Shown one piece after another: positions 13,928 through 28,200 of a DNA stretch of 64,000 nucleotides (its first letter is position 1; each line of letters starts with the position of its first letter). The position numbers were made by a program, and so were the translations under genes. Source of the DNA: Paraspadella gotoi (lineage: Eukaryota > Animalia > Chaetognatha); contig CM119267.1 in the NCBI GenBank assembly GCA_051294375.1, positions 6,801,529-6,865,528 on the forward strand. The letters are read 5' to 3'. The notes under the pieces were generated by a model. The model saw only the letters and a list, made by a program, of their open reading frames with translations, did not search any database and was not told the DNA's origin.

Positions 13928-15398
13928 TTCAATTATCCCGTCATCATTAGAAGTTGTTTAGCCGTGTTTCCTTTTTTACTTGATGACTTTTTTGCGAACT
14001 GTAATGTCTCTTTCTCTTTTTTACTCTTTCTCTCTCTCTTCTCCTCGGATAGCGAACGTTCAGAAAAGGAGTAATTTGAATTAGCGTATTATTAAAATTA
14101 ATTAAAGCCAAGACAGGAACTAAAGGATCACCTGTGATGCGAATGAAATTGAGGTAAGTAAACTGAATAAGCATGCGAACAATTATCAATAGGGCAAGTT
14201 GGAATGTTTTGTGTATGAAATAAGAAGAATAAACAAAATATTAAGTGTGGAAAAAGGTAAAGAGTGGAAGAAGAGAATAAATGGAGAGTCGGGTACATGA
14301 GGAATAGAGGGAAAGAAAGAAAAAATTAGGAGGAAAGAAGGAAAAAGAGAAAAAGTAGAGGAAGGTGAAAAGGAGAAAAAAAAGAAAAGTACAATAAGGA
14401 GGAAAGAAGAAAAAAAATTAGAGGAAAGATGAAAAAGAGAAAAGACAGAAAAAAACAAGAAGGAGGAAAGAAGAAAAAAAGTAGAGGAAAGATGAAAAAG
14501 AGAAAAGAAAGAAAAGTACAAGAAGGAGGAAAGAATAAAAAAAAAGTAGAGGAAGGATGAAAAAGAGAAAAGAAAGAAAAGTACAAGAAGGAGGAAAGAA
14601 GAGAAAATCAGAGGAAAAAGGAGAGAAAAAAAATACCAAGAAGGAAGTAGAAAGAATCAAAGAAAGCAACGAGGGGGCGGGAGGGTAGATAAGGTTTCGT
14701 GAGGGTGGAGAGATGGGGCTGGGGAGATTGCGACGTCGTGACCCCAATCGGGCCTCTTTACGCCGAGAGGTCGAACCCCGATTTCTCTTAAACCCGAATT
14801 CGACTCGATTTTTATCGAACTTACCCGCGAAGAGGGGGGGTGGGTGCGATGGAGAGGGACGGGTGTGGCTTTTCTTTTAAACTCGCGGTTTTTCGGAGAG
14901 AGAGAGAAAAAAGGGGGGGGGAGGGGGGGAGAAAAAGTGATGGGGAGAAGAGATGATCACGGGGAGGATGCGAAGTCAATTAGTATAATATGCTTACAAA
15001 AATGTAAACAATTCAAGTAATAACTCGATAAAAAGATTAAATGACCGAGGGAGAGAAAAAAAGGGAAGTGTTTCTCGAAAGGATTTTCTTCTCGAAAGGT
15101 TTAAAAGATTGTCGGGAAGAGACATCCGTTGATTTGTTCCTCTGTTCATTCACCAGTGGATTCATATAGCGGTTTCAACTTGGTCTTTTCGACATGTGGG
15201 TTAAACGGATTGAGAATGTTGTAAAGTAAGTTGAATAGAGTGAGTTGTAGTTGTTGTTGTTGTTAATTAGAATTCGTCGGGAGTGAAATAAAAATTTAAG
15301 CAGGACATAAAGTAATGTCGCAAAACACGGTAAGGTTTTAGGTAAGGATAAAAGGAGAAAGAAGAAATAAAAAACGTTAATCATCTCCAGTCGGGAGT

Positions 15399-15436
<38 letters not shown>

Positions 15437-15445
15437 CTTCCTCTT

Positions 15446-15481
<36 letters not shown>

Positions 15482-15484
15482 ATC

Positions 15485-15613
15485 TCTCTTTTTCCCCTTC
15501 TGTTTTTCGGTTCACTTACCCAAAAAACTTACCCGCTTCCCGGCCCACGACGCCCCCACCTCTGGCCCGCCCGCCTTCCTTTCCTCCTTTTCATCAGTTT
15601 CTCTCTCCTCTCT

Positions 15614-15650
<37 letters not shown>

Positions 15651-15877
15651 CTCTCATTCATGTTCTCATCATCTCTCTCTCTTTTCCCTTTGGTGCAGAT
15701 TAAAAGAAAAGATTCCTTTTTTTAAAGGAAAAAAAAATTTAGAAGAAAATTTGACACTTTTTCCTAAAAGCGTTCAATTTTTGTTTCTAATCTCTGAAAA
15801 AAATTTTAACCTTAACTTTAACTTTAATTTTTTATTATATATTTATTATTATTATTATTATTCTATTATTATTATTA

Positions 15878-15927
<50 letters not shown>

Positions 15928-16412
15928 TTTTTTTTTTTTTTAATATATAATGTTTAGTTGAATACCCTAACTATATCCATTAAATATATACTTTAATCCT
16001 TAGCCCTAATCCCTTTCCAAAACTATAACCTAATCCCTAACCTTATTCCTTATCGTAAAATCTAATTTTTATCCTTAACCCTTAACTTAATTCTGAATTT
16101 AAGCTAAAATGGAGCGCTTTTGCAAAATAGGGCCGAAAATGACTAGAAAAGAAAATCAGTGAAAAAAAGGGAAAAAAAAGTAAATAAATGAGCTTCACCC
16201 CACCCAAAAAAAATAAAGAAGGGAGAAAAAAGAGGGAAGAAGAGAAATAAAAAAAAAAGAAAGTAAGAAAAAAAAGAAAGAAAGAAAGAAAGAAAGAAAG
16301 AAGTTAGTTTAAAAAAAGAAAAAAAAAACCTCAATAAAAATTCCAAACCCTTCCCTTCTTTCATCATAAAAATATGGATAGACGGACTTTAGCTTTTGGA
16401 GCGCTTCAGAAA

Positions 16413-16471
<59 letters not shown>

Positions 16472-18062
16472 GCTTTCTTAGGAAATATTATTTTATTCTG
16501 CGAGGAAATCATCCCCTTCTTTCGTAACCTTGACACGTTGTCTGCGAGGTCGAGAAATCTCTAATTATTATGATGAAAATTTTTTATCAAGCCATGACCG
16601 GCGAAGCCGGTTCAGGCTTGATATTGATTCGGGTGAGATTCTTTGTGACGTAGTCGTCGTCGTCGTCGTCGTCGTCGGCGTCGTCGTCGTCGTCGGCCGT
16701 CACGCTGTTTTTAAATAAAAACTACTACGCTTTTATAGGTTTGGCTGTCACTTAACGTTTTTTTTTTAATAAAAATTATTATGAATTATTATAAAGTTNN
16801 NNNNNNNNNNNNNNNNNNNNNNNTTTTAAACCAAATAGATGTGCGATTCATAGTAACGTTAAAAAATTAGATATTGGCTTCTCAAAACTTGAATATAGCC
16901 TTTGATATTTTTCTATTACATTTGGATTTAAGTATTTTTTGTTGAATTTCCCACTTTTCAATTGATGTTTACTGTCAAATATGGCAAATGGAGGATTATA
17001 GGTACTGTATTATAATAATTCTCCAAATTAGTAATTTATAGAAATGGCTTTAAGCTAATTTACATTATTGGCAGTACTATAATATTTTGAAAAGATGAAA
17101 ATTAAAAAATTTTTTTAAAAATTTCTAAAATAAAAATGGGAACTTCAAAGGATTTTTTTAATGAGAAAGGCTATATTCTTAGTTTTTAATACAAATAAAA
17201 AATAAAATCTTTTACAAGCTTGCGATTGGAAAAAAATTGGAAAAAGTTCCAAATTGTAAACCCATTGTAACATTTTTTGCCGTCTTTTTATTGTTATTTT
17301 TATTATATATAATTTTTTTTTAGGCGCTGCCTTTTTCTGAATCGTTTAAAAACGAGATTTTCAGTTTTCTCTCCGTCTCTCTTTGTTGTGCGAATCTCTT
17401 GCGTTTGAATCGTTCGTTTTTTGAAAAATTCTGATATTTTTTCGTTTCTAAAAAAAACCATATATATTTGGATTCAGGCGGGCCTTTTTCTTGAATCGTA
17501 AAAACGAGTTTCAGGCTCTCTCTCATCTCCTCTACTCCCTCCGTCTCCCCTCCGTTCTTCTCTCTCTCTCTCTCCTCTTCTCTGCGGATCTCTCTCTTCT
17601 TTAACAACAAAACAAAACAAAAATTATTCACTTTCTGTGTTGACACCGTTTTTTGAAAATTTTTATTATTCTCTTTCCTTCTAAAAACTTTATATACGCC
17701 ATGTTATTTCGCGGGCTCTTTCTCAATACCAAAAAAATTCCCAAATTACATCTGAGGATACTTTCGTGGATTTTTTGTTGAAGAAAGAAAAATTGTTGGA
17801 AGGAATTAACTTAACTTGACCCTGGAATTTCGATTCGGCCCGTTGCGGACACGACCACTACCACATCCCGTTCCGCAATCGAGGTAAACAAGTCAGAGGA
17901 GAAACATGGACCTAAATAACGCGTCTCTGAACTGGCAACGGAAAACCACCGTTACGTGTATAACAAAAAAACACAAACTTGACCGAGATCACGCCGATAT
18001 AAAACAAGAGTGACCTAATAATGCGTACTCGGTTGGCGGCGGGCAAAACTTTCTCTCATCTC

Positions 18063-18147
<85 letters not shown>

Positions 18148-18273
18148 CCCCTTCTGTTTTTCGGTTCACTTACCCAAAAAACTTACCCGCTTCCCGGCCC
18201 ACCGACGCCCCCCACCTCTGGCCCGCCCGCCTTCCTTTCCTTTCATCAGTTTCTCTCTCTCTCTCTCTCTCTC

Positions 18274-18304
<31 letters not shown>

Positions 18305-19071
18305 GTCCTCTCTCTCTCTCTCTCTTTCCCTTTGGTGCAAGATTAAAAGAAAAGATTCCTTTTTTAAAGGAAAAAAAAATTTAGAAGAAAATTTGACACT
18401 TTTTCCTAAAAGCGTTCAATTTTTTGTTTCTAATCTCTGAAAAAAATTTTAACCTTAACTTTAACTTTAATTTTTTTATATTTATATTATTATTATTAAT
18501 TATATCTATTATTATTATTATTTTATTATTATTATTATAATTATTATTATATTATTATTATTATTATTTTATTTTTTTTTTTTTTTAATATATAATGTTT
18601 AGTTGAATACCTAACTATATCCATTAAATATATACTTTAATCCTTAGCCCTAATCCCTTTCCAAAACTATAACCTAATCCCTAACCTTATTCCTTATCGT
18701 AAAATCTAATTTTTATCCTTAACCTTAACTTAATTCTGAATTTAAGCTAAAATGGAGCGCTTTTGCAAAATAGGGCCGAAAATGACTAGAAAAGAAAATC
18801 AGTGAAAAAAAAGGGAAAAAAAAGTAAATAAATGAGCTTCACCCCACCCAAAAAAATAAAGAAGGGAGAAAAAAGAGGGAAGAAGAGAAATAAAAAAAAA
18901 AAAAGTAAGAAAAAAGAAGAAAGATAAGAAAAGAAAGAAGAAAGAAGTTAGTTTAAAAAAGAAAAAAAAACCTCAATAAAAATTCCAAACCCTTCCCTTC
19001 TTTCATCATAAAAATATGGATAGACGGACTTTAGCTTTTGGAGCGCTTCAGAAAACTCTCTCCTCTCTCTT

Positions 19072-19102
<31 letters not shown>

Positions 19103-19301
19103 CTCTCTCTCTCTCACGCTTTCTTAAGGCAAATATTATTTTATTCTGCGAGGAAATCATCCCCTTCTTTCGTAACCTTGACACGTTGTCTGCGAGGTTC
19201 GAGAAATCTCTAATTATTATGATGAAAATTTTTTATCAAGCCATGACCGGCGAAGCCGGTTCAGGCTTGATATGATTCGGGTGAGATTCTTGTGTACGTA
19301 T

Positions 19302-19336
<35 letters not shown>

Positions 19337-20141
19337 GGCGTCGTCGTCGTCGTCGGCCGTCACGCTGTTTTTAAATAAAAAACTACTACGCTTTTATAGG
19401 TTTGGCTGTCACTTAACGTTTTTTTTTTAATAAAAAATTATTATGAATTATTATAAAGTTTTACACAAAGTGGGTGCGATCATAGTAAGTTAAAAAAATT
19501 AGATATGGCTTCTCAACTTGAAATAGCTTTGATATTTTCTTATTACATTTGGATTTAAGTATTTTTTGTTTGAATTTCCACTTCAATATGATTTACTGCA
19601 TAATGCAAATGAGATTATAGTACTGATTATAATATCCAAATTAGTATATAGAAATGCTTTAAGCTAATTTACATATTGCAGTATATAATATTGAAGATGA
19701 AATTAAAAAATTTTTTTTTAAATTTCTAATAAAAATGGGAACTCAAAGGATTTTTTTTAATGAGAAGCTATATCTTAGTTTTAATACAAATAAAAATAAA
19801 ATCTTTTACAAGCTGCGATTGGAAAAAATTGGAAAAGTTTCCAATTGTAAACCATTGTAACATTTTTTGCCTTTCTTTTATTTATTTTTTAATTATATAT
19901 ATTTTTTTTTAGGCGCTGCCTTTTCTGAATCGTTTAAAAAACGAGTTCAGTTTCTCTCCGTCTCTCTTTGTGTGCGATCTCTTGCGTGATCGTTCGTTTT
20001 TTTGAAAAATTCTGATTATTTTTTTCTTTCTAAAAAAACACCTAACTATATTTTGATTCAGGCGCGCGCCTTTTCTGAATCGTTTAAAAAAACGAAGTTC
20101 AGGCTGCTCTCTCTCTCTCTCTCCCTCCTGTCTTCCCTCCG

Positions 20142-20190
<49 letters not shown>

Positions 20191-20541
20191 ACAAAAAAAA
20201 ATTATTCACTTTGTTTACCACCGTTTTTTGAAAATTCTTATTATTTCTTTCCTTCTAAAAACTTTTAATCGCCATTTATTCCGCGCTTCTTTCTCAATAC
20301 AAAATCCCAAATTTACATCTGAGATTTTCGTGGATTTTTTTTGAGAAAATGTGAAGATAACTTACTTGACCTGGATTTCGTGGCCGTTGCGGGCGGCAAC
20401 GAGTAAACAATGTGAGGAACATGACTAATAAACGCGTTTTGATGGCAACGGAAACGTTACGTGTATAAAAAAAATCAACTTGACCGAGATCACGCCGATA
20501 TAAACAAGAGTGACCTAATATTGCGTCGTTGGCGGGAAAAC

Positions 20542-20545
<4 letters not shown>
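15485..20545 (+). repeat. ~2.65-kb tandem near-duplicate (15485-18050 and 18143-20545) with a 25-N gap in copy 1
   Basis: Near-identical before the gap at 16799-16823, insertion-rich after it. Confidence 0.9.
16586..16700 (+). mobile_element. Second copy of the HINE-like 5' end (inside a duplicated segment)
   Basis: Same subTIR/hairpin/IR/(GTC)n block as 19235-19360. Confidence 0.55.
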
Positions 20546-20590
<45 letters not shown>

Positions 20591-20591
20591 T

Positions 20592-20639
<48 letters not shown>

Positions 20640-21761
20640 TTTACAAAAAAAAATTTATTCACTTGTAAACGAGTAAACGAGTTCCGGCCTCTCTCTCTCC
20701 TTCCTCTCTCTCCTCTCTTCTCTCTCTCTCTTCTCTCTCTCTATCTTTCTCTCTATCTGTCTCTCTCTCTCTTTCTCTCTTTCTATCTCTTTTTTTTTGT
20801 ACAAAAATAATTTTTAGTCACCTTTTTTTTCACCTCCGTCATTAAACGAGTTCCGCGCTCTCTCTATCTCTCTCTCTCTCTCTTTTTTTTTTTACAAAAA
20901 AAAATTTTTTAGTCACTTTTTTTTTCACCAGGCGACGAGTAAACGAGTAAACGAGTTCCGGCTCTGTTCAGCTTTCTCTCTTCTCTCTCTCTCTCTCTTC
21001 TCTCTCTCTTCTCTCTCTGTCTCTCTCTCACATGTACGATCGCTCGTTTTTTTGAAAAATTCTTATTATTTTTTTCCTTCTAAAAAACTTTTATTATCGC
21101 CATTTTATTTTTTTTTTCTCTATACAAAATACCAAATTTACATCTCGAGATTTTCATGGATTCATTTTAGAAAAAAAATGCAGGCAATGTCACATGTACA
21201 TCAGTTTGCTGCTGTACATATAGCTGCTATATGGTCGGCAATTCGCGGATTAATTTAATTGCAATATATAACTTTCTAACAAAAAAAAAATTTTTTGTTT
21301 TTTGTTTATTACTGTAACTTTGGACCGGTCGGCCCACTATTGGCAAATTATTATCTAAAATAGGAGTTGAGAAGAGAATATTGTCAAATTAAACATTACT
21401 TTTTTTTGTTATTCTAACATTTTTAAAATTTTAAAATTGTAAATTTTTTTTAGTGTATATATTTAATCATTTTTATTCTTTTTTAAATAATAATTATTTG
21501 AGTTGGATAAATATTTATTAAATTAGTTAAATATGCAAATATGAAATTTGACCTCGTGCTGGTTTCTTCTTAAAAAAAAAAAAAGAACAATCTAAAATTT
21601 CATTCAGATTAAAACTTTTTAAAGAGATGAGGACATAAAATTTTTTTGATAAGTAAAAAAAAATATTAGAAAGGAAAAGAGTTCGTTCCTACTCACGATA
21701 CGTCGAAAACGAGTTCAGCTCTGCAGGCGCGTCCAGCTTCTCTCTATCTTTCTCTCCTTCT

Positions 21762-21807
<46 letters not shown>

Positions 21808-21967
21808 TCTTTTTCTTTTTTATTTATTCCGCCATTCTATTCCGCGCTTTTTTCTCAATACAAAATCCCAAAATTTAGATCCGAGATTTTCGTGATTTTT
21901 TTTTCTAAAAATTTTGATTATTCTTTATATAACGAGAGTGGAAAACTGACCAGCATCCTCTCTCACT

Positions 21968-22037
<70 letters not shown>

Positions 22038-22418
22038 ATTATACACGCATTTGTGTTTTATTACGATGAATGACTCATCGCGTCAATGAATGACTATCAT
22101 CGCATCAATGAATGATTATCATCATATCAATGAATGATTATTCATCACATCAATGAATGACTATCATCGCATCAATCATTTGATTATCATCACATCAGTT
22201 ATTTTATTATCATCGCATCAATTATTGGTTATCATCGCATCAATATTTAGTTATCATTCGCATTAATATTTGGTTACCATCGAAAGCTGGCTCGACCCTA
22301 TTGCTTTTAAGATTTTTTCCCTAAAATTCTTGATTGCGTTTCGTTGCGCGGAAAACTATCATCGCATCAATGAATGACTATCATCATGGCTTGATCCTTA
22401 TGCTTTTTAAGATTTTTT
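19235..22418 (+). mobile_element. DINE-1/HINE-like (Helentron-associated) non-autonomous element with internal tandem repeats
   Basis: T-run, 12-bp subTIR ATCAAGCCATGA (19235-19246), hairpin CCGGC-GAA-GCCGG, partial inverted copy TCAGGCTTGAT (19261-19271), (GTC)n tract, internal repeats, exact inverted subTIR TCATGGCTTGAT (22384-22395), weak stem-loop and T-run. Confidence 0.6.
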
Positions 22419-25240
22419 ATAGGTTGATTTGTAAGACAAATTGTGGATATAAATGGGTTAGTGTTACGCCGGTCATGACAAGACACGACCGTGGCCGTGG
22501 GACACGACGAGTTAATATCTGGCTGCTGCCTTCGCCCGTTTCTCGCGAAGAAATTGATCGAATGTGAAGAAGATATCGCGATTATTTTTAACGTTTGAAA
22601 CGTCGCGAGAGAGAGAATGAGTGGCCTCTCGAAAGACCCGGACGTTAAACGCTTTTAACTCACAGGCGTTGGAAGTTTAATTTAAAGTCATTTTTAATCT
22701 CGTTTTTAAATTCATTTTTTAACTTCACGTTTTTAACCTTTTATCGTCGAAATTAATCTCATAATTTCATCCACCGTTTTTATAAACTCAAACTTTTATC
22801 TCCGTTCTTCGTCTCCAATTTGTTGATAAATAAACTTACCAACCAGTTCCAAATTTCTTAGCGTCCTTTAATGAAACCAAAAGTCAGTCAACGAATAAGT
22901 ACAGCAAATCGAGAGAGGCACAAACAGTTAGCATTGGTATTATATGTCTTAATATAATATTATTGTATATTATTATATATTATTTATAATAAATACATTT
23001 GCCTTAATCCTAATTCATTATGATAGTCTAAAGCTTTTGCGAAAATTGACAGAATATCTTAGGTAAGCAGTTATAATTACTTGGAAAAATAGTAGATAAA
23101 ATAAATTAGATAGATATGTGGGAAGAAACTGAGCCCAAACCGTTTTTCAACTCTCACTTACTTCCTCGTCTCCTCGTCTGGGGGATGTGGGGATGCGATA
23201 TCCCGCGACCTCGTCACCCGAGGGGTAACGAATCGCAGCCACAAGCGCCACTTTCGCTGATATATAAAATATGAACAAAAGAACTCTTATATTTTAACTC
23301 TCGTCTCATATATAAATAAAATATATATCAAACAAAAGAAACCTTATACAACGTTTAACTACCTTACTAGGTTTAGGCAGCGAATACCTGCTTTGTATTT
23401 ATCTTGTTGTGTGAAAATCATTCACTCTATTGTCTCTCTCTTACTTGAAACTTCAGCCATCAATTTTATCGTTATCACTTAATTGTAATTCTTTGCTTTT
23501 ACATTAATGTTAATTGTAAGGGTTCCTTTTAACCCGAACAAAATAAGGACTTTGTTCAAGACTGTTTTTACGAAGCTTAAAAGAAGCATCCCTCAACGCT
23601 CTCGACATCAAGACGGCCTTCAAGAAGTTGGCGACCTCGACGCCGATCCCGCATCTTCGAATTACGCGGATCCAGTTGGTCGCAACAGAATATAGATAGA
23701 TAGATTGATAGATAGATATCTTCAGATAAACAGAACAAAACATGGATTGACAGACGCGAAAGATAAGATTGGTTGAGGAGACGAAGGAAGGAAAGGAAGG
23801 AAGGAAGGAAGGAAGGAGGAAGGAAGGAAAGGAAGAAGGAGAGAGGAGAAGGAAGGGAAGGAAGGAAAGGAATAGGAAGGAAAAGGAAGGAAGGGAAGGA
23901 AGAGGAAGGAAAGGAAGGAAAAGAAGCAAGGCAAGTCTTCACGGTTTCCAGTTGGAAGAAAATCATTCAATAACCATGATTATGCAGTGACCTCGGGCTG
24001 GCGATCAGATTATTCGATATAGAGAAAGGTGAGGATGACAAAGAAGGAGAGAATAAACATAAAAGGAACGGGACGACGACCGACGACGACGAACGAAACT
24101 GAGAAGAGAATCGGATACTTCGGCGACAACTATTAAACGATAATCGGGTTTCTTAAAGTTAAACAAGAACAAATTACATAATATAGAAAAGCCTAACAGG
24201 ATAACTTATCAAACAATTAACAAAATCAAACGGACGGACGATTAAAACAACTTCCGGTGATGACTCCTGAATTGAATGGAAGGACGAATAACAGAATCGA
24301 AAGGGAAATCATAAAAGAAAGAGAGAGAGAGAGCAAGAAGGAGATGAGTACTCAGCCCAGCACCCGAGAGCCCACTCCAGGTGAACTCACTCAGCTCGAC
24401 TCACCGTGCCTATATCTGTCAACAGCTCTCGACCGCCTCTATACCAACACGATTCTGCCATCAACCGATAAGTAGTACCCTTCCTATACTAACCAGACGA
24501 TAGCCTAAGCGGAGCATAGCCCGAACTCTCCTCAGCTCTGCGGAACGACCCAAACCCAATCTCGTCATAAACCTCACTACACTAAGATGCTCGAATACTG
24601 CTGTGGTCGAGCTCAACGCACTCCCGCAGAGACACCGCGTGCACCCCCTGTAATGGTGAATGCGCGACCCATAACACCACGCCCGGTAGATCCGCAGACG
24701 CGCGACTGGCAGCTCACAGCTATACGCATGACCCCGCGCTAAAACCCACTCCCCCAAAGCGCCAGGGCTCTCCTCATACAGCTCCCGCGCCAGCGCAGAT
24801 CTAATGGACTGCAGCCGTAAGACCCTAGATGTAGCACAGCGACCACTACGGACATGAACGGACGAAGATGAAGGACCAGAGAGAGAGAGACGCTCGAGAG
24901 AGAGAGAGAGAAGAGTCGTTGAAATTGAGGATGAAAAAAAAGAAGGAGGACGACGAGGATTCCCAAAGGGGAAAATGAATGAGACAGAGGAGGAGGGTCG
25001 AGGAGGAGGAGGAGGAGGGCGGAGTCGAAATCCATCATTTTTTTTTCAGTTTTATGACAGAAGTTTCGGTCCTTCCTCGAGTAAAGGATTAATCTTTTTT
25101 ATTTTCTTCATTTGGAAATAACTCATCGAGAAACACATTGCAAAGCACGGTTTTAAAAAAGGAAGGTTGAATAATGTTTTTTTCGGAAAAATAAGGGGGG
25201 GCATCTCTTCTTTCTCTCTTCTCTCTCTCTCTCCTCTCTC

Positions 25241-25277
<37 letters not shown>

Positions 25278-28200
25278 TTTTTCCATCTGACTATTAATTC
25301 AAAGATATTAGTTCTCCCATATTTTTTGTTTCATGACTTAATTGAACTCTACACGGATTTCAAATGGAGAGTCTTGAAATTGGAAACCATTTGTTTATTT
25401 CTCTTTAAACTCGGACCCCAACATGATTTTTCATATTTGATCTTTTTATTAGTTAAAAAATTCCCTTTACTTTTTGTTTCCTATTATTAGTCACATTGAT
25501 TAATTACTTTACATCTTAAACCACTGCGTGGCGCCTTTGCCTTTCAGCAGGGCTTTTTTTGCAAACATCTTCTCCCCTCTTATTTGATAGTTTCTATTTT
25601 AAAAACTCACTTATGAAAAAAAAATATTATTTTTTTACCATTGATTAGTTTAGTATGTTCTTGGGCAAGCAAGTAAAAAACAATTTCTATGTAATAAATT
25701 TTAAGGTTTAGTGACTAGTACAGTTAAACAGACGGTTGCCAGATCCTTGTTCTTTCCAATTTCTTTTTCAAGACTCAGAAATGTTTTTATTTTCTAACAA
25801 TAAACTATAAAAATAAAATAAGGGGTGTCCATTGATGGTCGTTCTTGAAAAAAGTCTGATGCTCAGGTTTATACTACAATGTTGTCTATAAATTCTGTAG
25901 TAAGATGAACTAAAATTTGATCAAAAAATTTCATTTTTCCTATAAAAAATATATATTTATAAACAGGTAAGGTTCTTATTCACAATGAAAAAAAAATTCT
26001 TCTTTTTGAAATTCCGATACATGCCATTGATGCAAGGGCACCATAACATAACTAAGAAAAGGAAGCCAAGCCTGGACAATTGGGAGTTGGAAAATAAAAA
26101 ACGTCAGCGATTTTCTTACACCGGCGGCTGGCAAAATTTAAAATTTTGCTATAACAAATTATTTAGCCACCCGTATTTGATCTTTTCATTTCACTTTCCA
26201 TTTGAAAATCCCGTTTTAATATAACTAAACAAAACTCAAATGGGATTTTAAATGTGTTTGAATCGCATTTTTTAGGGCATAAAACTCCTCTTCTCTCCTT
26301 CTCTCTCTCTCTTCTCTCTTCTCTCTCTCTCTCTCTCTCTCTTTCTCTATTCGAGGCCCCCCTTTCCACCCCCTTCTTCTTTCCAAAAACCACCTCCATC
26401 TCGTTCCTTTCTCATCCAAGTCGGCGCCATTTTCTCCCGGGGTTTGAAGGAAATATAAAGAAAAAAAAGGAAGATTTTTTGTTGTCTTCCCAATTTCTCT
26501 GAATTCCTCCTTCGGTAGTGATTCTGATTAAATTTTCCGGTCGACGGTCTGTCGTCGTTCGTCGTCGTTCGTCCGTCGTCGTTGTCGTTCGTCGAGAGGG
26601 CGAATAAAAGAATACGGGTACAGAAGAATAAAATAAAAGCTATTCGCGTGGACCGTCCAGGGAAAAAAAAGACAAGAAGTGACGCGAGAGAAAGAGGAGA
26701 GAAGAGGGCAGGGAGGAAGATGATGGAGGAGAGAGAGCCTGAGGAGTAGAAGAGAGAGAGAGAGACGACGGGTGGGAATATGAGAGGAGGGATAATAAAA
26801 AAGGGGACCCCTGGCAGCATTGGGAGATGGAAAATTATTCCGAAGAGAGGGGGTAAGAGAGAGAGAGAGATGGAGGAGAGAGAGAAGAGAGAGAGAGGAG
26901 AGAGAGAGGAAGATGAAGAGAGAACCGAAGATGAGAAGAGAGGAGAGAGAGAGAGGACTCTCACCCATATTGCAAGATTCGGAATTGCGATTCTCGATTA
27001 CAGCAATAACATTTTTTTTCTTGCGAATTTTCAGTAAAGACAATTATTATTTTCAAATTCTTCAAATTTAAAATCATTAATATTTTTATTCCTCTTTCTC
27101 TCATTTAGGTTATTTTACTGGTAAATTTTATTTTCTTTGCTTGAAGTAGGTCTCAAGTTGGGGATATTTCATTTACCACCGCTTCACTGATAAAAACGGG
27201 GCAGATCCGTTTAATCCGTTAACTTGTCAGATAAGAACGTTGGATTAATATCCCAAATCGTAATTAAATTTAAATCCGCTCAATCCCTGTTAACCTTTAA
27301 AATAAAAGTGAACGGTTTTGCAACTTTTCACATTTGACCCTTCTCGTGCCTCTCTCGGCTAATAATTAAAACCGAAGTTTGTTCTTCTCTTTTGTTTCTC
27401 CCTTTTTCCCTATAACCCTCCTTACCCTTTTATTTCGCTTCTCCTCTTCCCTCCTTTTCTCCTTCATTCTCTTCTTTTTTTCTCCTTCCCTTTTCCTTTC
27501 AATCCCCTTCTAACCCTTTCCCTCATCGCCGGTAAAAAGAGGATTTTTTCCACGCGCGGGGGACACTCCCCTCTTGATTAAGAAGGAAAAAAAAAGGAGA
27601 AAAAAAAAAAGAAAGAAAAAAAATAAAGAAAAGATAGGGATGTCTTAAATCGAAAACAAAAAACAGAAAACAAAAAACAAAACTCCCGAGGTTTGTACGT
27701 CGGGAGCAATACAAAGGCGGGCGAAGCGAGAAGGGGGGGGAAGACCTAATAATAGAAAAAAACAACACCTAGGGGATGAGGGAGAGAGAGAAGGAGAGAC
27801 GAAGGAACGAGAGATGGAGATCGAGAGAGAGAGGAGGCAGAGGAGAGAGAGACGAGACAGAGACTAATAGACGATGAGAGCAGCAGCGATTAGTTGAAAT
27901 TCGGGTCTGGGCGTCGGGAAAGGCAAGATAAAAACAAATCGAGTTTTGACGTCTTCTTTTCCCAAGCGAAGACTCAGGCAATGAAATAAGAGTTTTCGAA
28001 AAAGTGTGGATCTTCGGGAAAGAGAATGCGGGGATTAAGGAGAAGGGAAGTGGGGATTAAGAGAGGGGAATGTGGGGGAATAAGCAGAAGGGAATTGGAA
28101 GAATTATATAGAAGGTAAACTGGAGATCATAGGACGGCAAGAGGGATTGTATATTAGGGGGGCAGTCCCTTGCCGGGTAGATACAGACGAGCGGGGTATT

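Noticed and set aside
15960-16095. Telomere-like CCCTAA motifs (also ~18610-18735)
   Set aside because: Highly degenerate, short and internal; not a telomeric array.
24350-24900. Unique-looking sequence possibly representing a novel insertion (also 28170-28590, 43900-44080, 1-600)
   Set aside because: Incoherent, no credible ORF or termini, and in two cases absent from the duplicate copy; resembles low-quality long-read sequence.
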